A program made the position numbers and the translations under genes. The notes under the pieces were generated by a model. It was not told the DNA's origin. It ran no database searches and worked only from the letters and a program-made list of their open reading frames with translations. A DNA stretch of 61,420 nt, filler included, from Sphacelaria rigidula (Eukaryota), in the NCBI GenBank assembly GCA_964200075.2. It is 11 parts of 11 records of this genome, joined end to end, with 100 filler letters (N's around TTAATTAATTAA, not from the genome) between each part and the next. Parts side by side here need not be neighbours in the genome. Positions count along the whole stretch, not along the records: positions 22,373 to 27,865 come from CAXNAA020026882.1; positions 27,966 to 33,458 come from CAXNAA020026883.1; positions 33,559 to 39,051 come from CAXNAA020026884.1; 8 more parts are not named here. One strand, written 5' to 3'. The first letter of the stretch is position 1. Every line of letters starts with the position of its first letter. Positions 24,652 through 36,192 of the stretch are shown here, in pieces.

Positions 24652-26244
24652 GATGACGCGATGGAGCAGCAGTACGTGCTTCTGCGCGATGCGACACAAA
24701 TATACCACCTATAATTGGCTGCGCATGATGGCAGCGGCCGGTTTTCAAATCCAGGACGTGAACATTCGCCTGTCGATAGCCTTGCGGTTCCCGTAGCCAA
24801 TCCTACATGTACGAAGAATAGCCTATTCTAAATCTAGGGGTTGAACACTATAATGGGATTCAATCGGCGTAAGATTTTTGCAGGAAGGGCGCGAAATAGT
24901 TACACAGAGCGAAACGATTTTCCCCCCTTGAAATCTGCAGCACTCAAGCAGTTTTGGCGAGGTGCACCGAGCGAATGCGTTGTACACGTGTATCGATGAC
25001 AATACCACCGGAGGAGTAACGGCAGAGAGGAAGCTCCTCGCCCGTGTCCTTTGTGCGTCCGCGCTCGGCGATTGCCAATCTCTCGGGAGACTGGCATCAT
25101 GCATGTCACCAGCATGTACCCAATTTACCATGTGACGGTAGGCAGGTTATTGCTGCACAGCCCCCCAAAGAACATCGAGGTGCGGAGGGATCTCGTCTCT
25201 TCTTGTCTGTGGAGCTCACCAATGCAAATATCGATTCCTCTCTGCCTCTCTTTTGGGACAGGACGCGCCTCTGTGCGCTGCAGAACGCGTCGTTGAAAAA
25301 AGGGGCGATGTTCCTGTCACTGCTACACTGTTCTGTGTCACACATGCCAGTAAGGACGGTGCTGCGGGAGTAACAGATGCACCTGCAACATTGGGGGTGC
25401 TATTCTTCGTTGACTTTACCCGCCATGTGTACCTGTGCTTGCGCAACGACAAGAAGAGCGTGCCACACGCCAGTTGGGGGGGGAAGTATAAGAGATTAAA
25501 CACTTGTGGAGACTTTCTTGTCATGCTGAGTGAAAAAAGATGCCTATGGTTATGACCTGACTGTTGCTGGCGTGACGCATGGGGGTGCCTCCATGCTGTA
25601 ATCTGGAGGACACACCCGCTGCGTGTGTCGCGATAGCTTTCGAGAATTCCCATGTGAGGAGGCCATTCATTACAAGCTGGGGCGAGATATGTTTCACGAG
25701 GAACAAGAGTGCTCTATGATCAACCACTTGCCGTTGCATTTGAGACCCACGCCATCAACCGTCCATCGCAAAGGTCTTGTGGCTTACAAGCAATGCTGGC
25801 GGCCGTACGCCAGACAGACCCGGTCATTGCAGGGGTTTCGTGAAAGTTTTTTTCGCATCTAGAGTCAGAGTGGGAGGGAAAATAGCCAGCCAGGCCGCTT
25901 CTTCCGCTTCGTTTTTTCCCCTCGTATTTCGCAACAAATAGTGAGGAAAAAATACCGCTAGGAAAATACTATGAGAGATGTTAACCCTAGCTTACGATTG
26001 CAGATATATTTTTGACGGGGGTGGGTACCAAAAGGGTGGGGGGATACCAAAAGAACGGTCAGCGGAAATCGAAGGGATGTGCAGGCCAAGGCGAGGTACA
26101 AAGACTCAAAGACTTTGCCATGCCAAGCTCCCTGTGTTTATGTAAAAATACGTGAAACGTAGACCTCCCCCGATCGCTGCTGGCCCAGCTCGCACTGTGT
26201 GCAAACTGACATCTTCGATCTATACTGACTGCCACATCACGTAC

Positions 26245-26797
26245 GCGGCAGTACAGACAAAAGTACTGTACTGTCTAGTACTACTGTCTGTACTGCACTC
26301 CTCCACATCAATTGTAGTGCAGCCGTTGTATATTACCGTCTCCAACCTAACATGTGCGCACGTATACTACCGTATGCGGCAGGCAGAACAGGCAGTATTG
26401 CATTGCTTAGTTCTGTCTGTGCTGCACGTTACCCACATCATCACAGCCGTTGTACCACTGGCAAACTAACATTTCCATCCTACTGTACAGTTGGATGCGG
26501 CAGTACAACCCACGTACTGTCTGCACTGCACGTCGTCCAACTCATTTTCGGCAGCCGTCGGGTGCAGCATGGCATGTGAATCGTACCACTGTTCAATCGG
26601 CAGTACAGACCGTACAGTACTGCCTGCTGTTGTCTGTATTGCACGTTGTCCACACATCTCACGCTGTACGCATCATTTTTACTACAGCCGTGCATACTAC
26701 TGTTGTGTGCAAGCTGACACGTACAACTCACTGCATGAGACAGCACAGACAACGAGTATCGTGTAATCTCTACGCTGGGTACTGTCTGTGCTGCAGG
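26245..26797. repeat. Array of five degenerate 100-140-bp units, each containing a stem-loop
   Basis: GCAGTACAGAC-like left arms at 26248, 26378, 26500, 26600 and 26741, each followed by a GTCTGTACTGC-like right arm. Confidence 0.7.
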
Positions 26798-28343
26798 TTT
26801 TCGAGAGAACGGCCGATGCCAATAGATCATCAGCGCCGGGATGGGGAAGCAAAGTTTGGTCTAGTGTGTAAACGGTGCTGGGGATGTTGGACATTACTAT
26901 CAGGAGAGCCCCGCAGATGATGTTGAAGGGCACAAACATATTCAGGGCTGGCGGGTGATGTTAATCTCGCCGCGCTGCAAATGAAAACACGAGAGGAAAA
27001 TACGAGTCGATCTCGTCTGGTATTTTTTCAAAAATAACAAGCCAGGAGCGCCCATCTCGTAAAGTGTCCCCCGTCTCGTATTTTTTCCCCGAGAATCTTG
27101 TGAAATAACCAACCGTGAGTAGCCATCTTGTATATTTTCCTCACTATATGCAAACAACGAGGGGAAACAACCAACCGGAAAAAACGGCCTAACGGTGCAC
27201 ATTCCACTCTGTTTTTGTTTTGAGAGCGATTTTTTCAGAGTGAGAGTGCCGTTTGCACCACTTCACTCTGAAAACCGTTGTTCCTCTTCAGAGTTCATAG
27301 CGGCATGACAAAAGAAACACACCCACCTTCACCACCATGGTCACGTCCAGTTCAAAGGCAATACACCCTAATAAGTAAAGTGGGACAGCATTCATCATCC
27401 ATCAAAACTGCCATACTCATCACAATGGACCATTCACGAAGTAGAAAAGCTTGGCATCGCAATCAGAAGATCTCCCTGACGCCGACATGGTATCAGCATT
27501 CGCTTGGTTGTATGGCATGAAATTCAAATGCTCGACGGGTACACGTTGCCTTGGATACAGTTCCTCACTCTTGCCAGCTTCAGCTGGAAGAAGACGGAAC
27601 ACGGGATCTTACAAATTGGGGATGGATCTTTCATTGGGGATGAGAAACCCGGAGGATTAAAATCTTCGTATCCACACCAAATCTTCGAAGTATGGTTCCA
27701 TTTCTTTACCTACTGATAGGTATTGACAACTGCTACACGCTCGAGAAATGTGGATTTCGATCACCGAAATGTTGGGGTCCTAGGGGAAAAAACAATGGGC
27801 AATGGCCTAGATAAGATATACCTCCTCGTTTTTTGCCTAAGAAAGGTACGAAAAATGGCCAGAAANNNNNNNNNNNNNNNNNNNNNNNNNNNNNNNNNNN
27901 NNNNNNNNNTTAATTAATTAANNNNNNNNNNNNNNNNNNNNNNNNNNNNNNNNNNNNNNNNNNNNTTTTGGATGAGATATGGGACTCCTAACAGTTCTAA
28001 CCTAAGAAATTATTTCTGTACCCCTACCGTAGCATCACTCAGAAGTGCAGAACCTATTGCGTGAACCTCGTTTGATATCTGGATACTGAGCAGACCACAC
28101 GGTATCTACAAGTTGTAACAGCCTGACGGTTGTACACTTGCCTGCCAAGCTTGTGCCTTGGGTTGCAAGCTGTGTCTTTGCATTATACTGCCGCTTGCTC
28201 TTTATCACAGGATAGCGCAAATACTAGGATCTCAATGACACTCCCGACCAATGCATTTAGCGGATGGAGACGAATTTTGGTGTGGAGAACGCAAAAGAGC
28301 CGAATAAAGAACAAAATGGGCCTGCATTTGTTTTTCGTAGAGG

Positions 28344-29035
28344 TTCAGGCGTTCCCGTGAAGAAATGGTCTTTACCGTAGTATAACGCCCTAAACCAGTG
28401 AAGAAAAATGAAAAAAAGCAACCCGACCCACTTTGTTCTCTTGATTATGCGCTCAGAGAGCGCCCAACCAAAATATAATGCACGGAGATCAAAGATAGGC
28501 CAGTGAGTGGCCTGCGAAATGCTGTTCCGAATTTCTACCGACCCGGCTTTTAAAAGGCCCATGCTCCCGCCAATGTTTGGGGTTGGACCTTGAAATTTGG
28601 TATGGACAATGCATAGGGCATGGGAAAAAATTACATCGGCACCAATTTTTATTTTTTATTTCATGAGTCTAGGGCATTTCACTGATCCTGAAAACTGATT
28701 ACTGCCCTAGACTCATGAAATAAAAAATAAAAATTGGTGCCGATGTATTTTTTTTCCATGCCCTATGCATTGTCCATACCAAATTTCAAGGTCCAACCCC
28801 AAACATTGGCGGGAGCATGGGCCTTTTAAAAGCCGGGTCGGTAGAAATTCGGAACAGTATTTCGCAGGCCACTCACTGACCTATCTTTGATCTCCGTGCA
28901 TTATATTTTGGTTGGGCGCTCTCTGAGCGCATAATCAAGAGAACAAAGTGGGTCGGGTTGCTTTTTTTCATTTTTTTCCATTCGTTTAGGGCGTTCTACT
29001 ACGGAAAAGACCATTTCTTCACGAGAACGCCTGAA
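28344..29035. mobile_element. Foldback element: ~333-bp near-perfect inverted arms (28344-28676 / 28703-29035) around a 26-bp spacer
   Basis: Arms are reverse complements with few mismatches. Spacer TTTCACTGATCCTGAAAACTGATTAC. Diverged relative at about 54920-55470. Confidence 0.9.
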
Positions 29036-30665
29036 GCTAGTTTGGTTTGTAATTTCGTGGACACTAGTGTTTTGTGTTGCGTTGAAATTGTGTTCGAGTC
29101 GGCGTGGTTCAACTGTTTCAAGGGCAGTCAAGCTCGTCGGTTCATTTCGAGGCCGTTATCGATTACGTAAAATGAAGCCCTGTGCCGGCCGCCCTTCGGA
29201 AATCCGATGCTCCCTTTGAGAAGCCGGTGCCCCCCCCCCCCTCGACCTTGAGACCGGTGGCCGCGTTGACAAGGCTGTTGTCAAATCCCCGGAACGCGGC
29301 TTTTGAGCTCCAGACACTGATCCTGAAGGTGTGAGGATGCAGGCGGCAACTTCGTTTGCAATTTACCCCCACCACCAACCCTCAACGAAATCGGCTCCGT
29401 GGGTCGGAATATTCTTGTGTCCCCACGGCAAGCAAATAAGTACAGTACGTGCGCGCATCGAGACATGATGTATTCTGTGGTACGCCAGGATAAGACGCGA
29501 GGCAGACCGTGTGTGTGTGTGTGTGTGTAAATTTCCTATATATATATATATATTGCAGTCGCCGTACCTCAGCCGCGTGATGGTACCACTGATATCATAT
29601 CGGCGGAGAGAACGTGCGTGGGTTTGATTGCAGTCAGATGCATTGGGTTTGTTTTCCCCCAAGTGTTCGATTTTCATTGTTGAAAGCGTAAGAGATGTCA
29701 GTAGTAGACCAAAAAGTGGTCGGCTGAGTATGTTCGACGAGAGTTTGACGCGATATCGGAGTACTGGCCCAGCGCGCGTCACCACATTGCGAGGTTCAAT
29801 CCGGGGAGAGATACGTTGGTCCCTAGAGACCATGGACTCGTTCCGAGGGAGGGGAGGGGTATAGAGTGTGACACAAAATAGGTAACTTGTGACTTATAGC
29901 CAGCCGTTCACGGTATAAGGGCGATGTCGATGCCAAATGCCGATATGTTGCGAGATATTGTGTTCGTTCGATACATCGACAAGATTATGGCGGCATGTTA
30001 CGGGATGCGGCACCTGTGCACATCCATGGGTTTCATTTTTCGCAGCATGGTCGTGCTATTTCTCCACGTTGTCGCGAATAAGTGATGTGGTTAATCCACA
30101 CGGTACTCAATACTTCCCGACTTTTGCACATGCGTGAAGACGTAATGAGTCTTCTCCACAGACACTTGCGGTAATTAACACTTGCCTTTGGAGTACAATT
30201 TTCCCACGCGTACTTTATTTGTTGTGTCTCTCATGTTCTCTTCAATCATTTTTTGTAGTTTGCGGTTCAAGTTTCTTTCTTCTACAGCGAGCGTTTCCGT
30301 GTTGCTGTCTTGGATGAAGCACGCCTAACCTCTCGTGACCAGTTTATGCGAGACAATCCGCCATTCAATCCATCAACCAATGAGCCAATCAACCGATCGA
30401 ACTAAAATAGTTAATCAATGAATCAATTAAATAATGAGTCAATTAATTAATGAGTCAACCAGCCGATCGGGCCAGTCAATCATAACGCCCGCCATTGCCT
30501 TCCATTGCCCCGCAGGTGACGGTCGGGTGAAGAAATGATCGAAGCATGTTCCATCCCCTGCAGGTCTATAACCCGCGACATTTACCCGCGACTTCTCGAA
30601 CCTCTCTTTGACATTATCCCGCACGCCGACATGGTGTGCGTGCTTGTATTCTCCTCGCCGAGCAG

Positions 30666-30954
30666 GTGACCTACGGATACGACTTCAACCAGCCGATAGA
30701 CCACAGTTCGTTTCCCCCGAGCCTAGAAATCATCAGGTTCGGCCACGACTTCAACCAACCCCTGAAGAACGTGGTTTGGCCGACGAACCTTCTTTCGGTG
30801 ACTCTCGGGTGGAATTTCAACCATCCCCTGCGGGAGGTTAATTGGCCTGAAGGGATGGACGTATTGTGCATGAGCTGCAAAGTTACCCCGCCCTTGCGGG
30901 AGATTGAGCTGCCGCCCAGGATATCCAAGCTCCACCTCAGCGGGGGGTTTTCGC

Positions 30955-31002
<48 letters not shown>

Positions 31003-31884
31003 CGTTATTCCGTTTCGCTTTGATTCAGACGAATATTTTTTTATTTTTTCGTTGCTTGTTTTTTTTGCTGGTCCTTGTGTGTATATATATATATATATTG
31101 CGGAGGGATGGTGGAGATTTTGACGTGTCTATCGAAATGAATCGGCCTGCCGTGCGCGGTGTATCTTCCGTAACGATCCGCTAGAGTGAAACAAGGTATA
31201 GCAGGCAGAGACTCAGGCTGGGTGCTCCAGATTAGGTAAGAAATTGGGTCTAAGACGTGGTGGTGAATGATTTATCCTGTGCGATGTGCGAATTTCGGGC
31301 GAGACTGTAAACACATACGGTTTATTTGTATCTGGATCTACGACAGTGCTGCTTACTCGCGGGGTGCCGCTGTCACTGGATGAGCGGAGAAGACGTATTG
31401 TTGTCGTTGTTGTTGTTCTACGATGTGTCCACGCGGCTACCCAGAATGGATGAACGATGCCTAACTTCGTAACTGCGACGTAGCCATTCTCCAGTGAGTA
31501 CATACACGCCACTTTGCTGCGACGTGAGTCCTCCCGCAGGAAGATCCAAAATCTTGATGAGGTGTGCTCGTGCGTACTAGGAGAATCCGTTGTTATTTGT
31601 TACATATACATTGTTCACGATACAATTCGTATCATGTTCAGGCTGAAGGGTTCCGGAGTAGGGGCCGCTGCATTTTGATCGCGAGTGCTGAGCGCGCCTT
31701 GACTTGAAGTCAACATGCTGCGCTTGCTTGCCTGCTATCTATATATATATTTTGCTGTTTCTATCCCAAAAAACAGGTTTTTTTCGAGCATTCGGCCTTT
31801 CCAGTCTCTCTGCGAGATGTCTGCTTGGGAGGCGGATTCAACGAGGGTGTTGAGCGAGTCGTGTGGCCCAGTGGTTTAGACGAG
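30666..31884 (+). CDS. FNIP-repeat (22-aa LRR-like) protein, internal exons 30666-30956 and 31777-31884. Possible upstream exon 29178-29328
   Basis: FNQPIDHSSFPPSLEIIRFGHD / FNQPLKNVVWPTNLLSVTLGWN / FNHPLREVNWPEGMDVLCMSCK / ...LPPRISKLHLSGG / ...FPVSLRDVCLGGG / FNEGVERVVWPSGLDE. Both exons are phase 0-0 with AG/GT boundaries. Confidence 0.85.
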
Positions 31885-32782
31885 GTGAGCATTGACGAAG
31901 CAGAAGACTACACGTCTACCAGCGTTGTATTCGTTTCGCAGCGCTGAGCTGCCCACTTTACAGTGCACGCTACGGGAGGAGATCTGTTCCTAGAGGTTCT
32001 TCGTAGCTGCGGGGGCTACGTGTTACGGTACCTCCGCACACACGATAAACACCCTGTGGGCGAGGAAGCTGCGAAGACTACGATCTGAACCGAGGACAAC
32101 ACTGATACTCTCGTCGCGGCGTACTGTCGAACTTTGCTCTCCAGGGTACCGGTGTCCATGCTTTGTGTGATGCGGTCGGTGCTCGCGCGATTGTTTTCGT
32201 TGTCCAACGAGGCATTTAGGATGACAAGATGCACACGGGTCCAGAGGGGATGGGGCAGCCTTGGTGCGGTATACGGTGTTTCAGGGGCACAAATTCTCCG
32301 TGCGTGTTCCTTCCTCCCGGAGTATGCACGTCGTAGTGTGAAGTCATTACGACAGGTGGGGGGGGGGAGGGGGTTGGGCCGTTTCTTCCCACGAAATTCT
32401 ACAGGTAATCGTCACTGATAGCAGCAACGGTAGTTCACACGCGCTTGCTTCCGATTTGTAAAGCTCATTCATGCTGTTTGATATCGCCTTTACCCAAATA
32501 CAAGCGCGCCGTGAGTGTGTTGGATCATGTGACGCACCCATGAGCTCATTTTTTCGTGGAATCGAACCTCCCCCCCCCACCCCTATCGTGGCTCCCCTCA
32601 CCTCTAGACTCTTGGGTTGGACCGAGTGGCAACGGCGCTGTAAAACAAGCCAACAAAACCTAGACAAAGGTACAGACTGTCACAGTACATATACCGGGGA
32701 TCGCCACTAGAAAAACGTTCCGGACCGACATACGCGACATAATAAAAATTGAACAATCCAAGGGTTTCCCCCCGGAAACACA

Positions 32783-33458
32783 TTTTATTTAACCTACTAT
32801 AACACAGCCCGGACATAGACATGAAATACAGAAGCTAACCCTCCTTTTTATTTAACCTACTATAACACAGCCCGGACATAGACATGAAATACAGAAGCTA
32901 ACCCTCCTTTTTATTTAACCTACTATAACACAGCCCGGACATGGACATGAAATAGAGAAGCTTACCCTCCTTTTATTTAACCTACTATAACACAGCCCGG
33001 ACATAGACATGAAATAGAGAAGCTAACCCTCCTTCTTATCTACCCTACCATAACACAGCCCGGACATGAACACGAAATAGAGAAGCTAACCCTCCTTTTT
33101 ATTTAACCAACTCTAACCCAGCCCGGACATAGACATGAAATAGAGAATCTAACCCTCCTTTTTATTCAACCTAATATAACACAGTCCCGACATAGACACG
33201 GAATAGAGAAGCGAACCCTCCATTTTATTTAGCCTACTATAACACAGCCCGGACATAGACATGGAATAGAGAAGCTGACCCTCCATTTCATTTAGACTAC
33301 TATAACACAGCCCGGACATGGACATGAAACAGAGAAACGAACCCTCCTTTTTATTTAGCCTACTCTAACACAGCCCGGACATAGACATAGAATAAAGAAG
33401 CTAACCCTCCATTTTATTTAACCTACTATAACACAGCCCGGGCATAGACATGAAATAG
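32783..33458. repeat. 63-bp tandem repeat, about 11 copies, running off the scaffold end
   Basis: CAGCCCGGAC-type anchor at 32805, 32868, 32931, 32993, 33056, 33119, 33182, 33245, 33308, 33371 and 33434. Stops in all six frames. Confidence 0.95.
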
Positions 33459-34589
33459 NNNNNNNNNNNNNNNNNNNNNNNNNNNNNNNNNNNNNNNNNN
33501 NNTTAATTAATTAANNNNNNNNNNNNNNNNNNNNNNNNNNNNNNNNNNNNNNNNNNNNAAGACAGATATGCCACTTCAACCCCATATTTTGTATGAACCC
33601 CAAAATATAAAATCGGCTGTTATATACTGCAGAGTGAGTACGGCGTATGCGTTACGTATGGCTATGCAATGTGGCTGCAGCATATATTTTGATATAAGGG
33701 GGTGTTATATACCGTCAGGAGTAACAACAGAGTCCACACAGGACGCGCACGGAAGTGCAGCACGCAGTAAGCAGGGCATGAGAAGGAAGCGGGGAAAGTG
33801 CAGTACAGACAGCGAAGGACTATTTATGTGCCTGCACTGCGACGTGAAAAGGACTTGAACGACGTGCAGCTTTGTACTGACGATGCCTGCACCCATGCAT
33901 CAACTATACGCGGTAAGTACGCGTGCTATATATACTCCGCGTGCATATAGCGGTTCGATCCGTCGCCATGAGATACGCCGCGCGACCATGAAAGAAGATG
34001 CTCAGGTTTCCATGCACCAACAAGAAATACCTCATACCCAACCACGGCAGTGTGCATGTATATCCTTGTGCCCAACTCGTGCTCTTTGCTACAGAGAGTA
34101 TATAGGCTTGTGCGGTATAGCTGCTAGAACAAAAGTCTTATTGTTATGGGTGATTTGGGTGGATCTCGGGTCATGATCTATACTATATAATATACGAGTA
34201 CTTTGAAGTACAAAATTTCTGGGGTCCCAAAGGTCAAACTTCAAAGGTAAATTACACCCGGTGAGCACTTTTCCCCCAAAGTTGCCAACAGGCAACAATT
34301 TCAAAATTACAAAATGAGGGTGCTCATGTTTTCGTTTCTGAAGTCATATTGCTTGATATATCCAATAAAAACCCAAAAATAATGTCCACGCTAACAACAA
34401 GTTATAGGTTGTTCAATGCTCAGTGCGCTCTTCTCCTCATCACTAGAGCCCGAGTTCGATACCCACCCCTGTCACAAGTGAACTGGTTTTTCGCCAGTAC
34501 TGCGCCCGCCCTGCAAGGTCGAGCATATTGTATGTGCGTAAAAATACTGTACAACATATTAACAGCAGTGAACACTAGACGGAGTCACG

Positions 34590-34760
34590 AAACCCTTTGA
34601 AGCGTCCTGTGTGGCACAAAATCATACCCTACAGTCAAATCCCCGCGAGAAACACTGCACGGTTGACCTGAAACCCTGCGAAGCGTCCTGTGAGGCGCAA
34701 AACAAAACTACAGCCAAATCCCCGCGAGAAACACTGTACAGTTTCCCTGAACCCTGTAGA
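34590..34760 (+). repeat. ~80-bp tandem duplication (about 2 copies)
   Basis: GAAACCCT..GAAGCGTCCTGTG.GGC.CAAAA...CAAATCCCCGCGAGAAACACTG occurs twice. Confidence 0.75.
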
Positions 34761-35012
34761 TATGCCCCACAGGGTGCTATTTGTCCACGTATGAGGCGGT
34801 GACTAATCCTTCGAGTGCAATGTCGTACCTTGGTACCCTAGGGTCATACAGTGCAGGACACTCCATCAGTACAGTACATGAAAATGCCGTGTGGTAGTAT
34901 ATGATGGCACAGTCGGTATTGCGAGAACAGTGGACAAACGGTGCGCGAGCACAGTTCAGTAGTGCAGTGGCATACATCACCCCTCAAGTACAGCGACAAC
35001 AAACTAGGAGAG

Positions 35013-35265
35013 GAGTGATGCTACGGTAGGGTTGCACTTTTTGAGCGAAAACGTTTCTCGGGGTGTTGCACAGATCATTTTGAGAATCGGCATCATTTTC
35101 ACTCGAAAGAGACTCAAAATGATGCCTATTCACGAAAAGACCCCTGTGTGCATCTCCATGTCCTGTCCCCGGAGATTTGGGTTGCACAGTCAGCCCCATA
35201 TATTTGGGCTCCTACAAAAACGAGACCCAGAAACAAAAAGTGCAACCCCTATCGTAGCATAACTC
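35013..35265. mobile_element. Sola-type MITE (GAG...CTC termini, 4-bp TSD)
   Basis: GAGTGATGCTACGGTAGGGTTGCACTTTTTG is inverted to CAAAAAGTGCAACCCCTATCGTAGCATAACTC. Flanked by AGAG on both sides (35009-35012 and 35266-35269). Confidence 0.8.
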
Positions 35266-36192
35266 AGAGTCGTACAGTAGCGTTCGTTATAGTGATACAT
35301 ATGGCAGCGCAGCACAAAATATTACCATCGCCGCAGGGTACGGCATCAGCACTCATTATCCGCTTGTCAAACCCCGTGCGAAGCTGCTTCAGCAGCTGCC
35401 GCGGGCAGCCACGCCCTGCGCTGTCACGAGGCTGTGTTCTGCTGCCGTTACAAAAATACCAAACGTCTCGTACCCTACCAGTGTACATCAGTGCACGTAC
35501 GTGACCTCAAAAAAATTGGGAGAGTCACGATCTCGGAACTATTTCCCCCATTTTTTAAAAGCGGGGGAAAATGTTCCGAGATCGTGACTCCCCCATTTTT
35601 CACCCCCGATTTGGTCCAAATCGATGTCCAAAAAATGCGCCCCCCGATTGTTTTCTCCAGATGCTCGAAAAAATCGAGATTGGTGACTGCCATAAAAGAT
35701 GGTCTCTAAAAATAGAACTTGTTGAAAAGTGCATTTTGGCCCTTCTCCGTCGTTTTTCCCCCGAAAAGAGGACTGTGCGGATGTTGACACCTTGAAATGA
35801 CTCGCTCTACTCGCTGAGACGGTTCCAGAGCACCTTTGCGTTTCCCGTAGGTCGCGGTTTTTTTTTGGCCAAACTTGCATTTCCAATAACGAAAGGTCAA
35901 GTTCCAAAAAAATGTCAGTTTTCTCCCTGTTTTATATAATTTGCTCTTGGGTAAAAATTTATGGACTATTTGGAATGTAGAAAAGACAGAAAGCTAACAC
36001 AAACACAAACTGCGAGACAAAAACGCGTTCTCGCAGTTGGGAAACTATCGGGCTAACCCGAGACTACTGTACTTAATATTGGCCCGCCCTTGCGTTTGGT
36101 GACTCTTACCCCATTTGGCAGCCCGTTCTATTCCCTCCGTCCTTCTCCTCTTTTTCTTCTCTTCACTTTTCATTTGTTTCTTCGTTTGTATT

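Noticed and set aside
30516..30610. Additional FNIP exon after a CCCGCAG acceptor
   Set aside because: In-frame TGA after four codons and no FNxP motif. No evidence for recoding.
32783..33458. Possible CRISPR array or coding repeat (63 bp = 21 codons)
   Set aside because: The whole unit repeats with no unique spacers, no cas genes are present, and all six frames contain stops.
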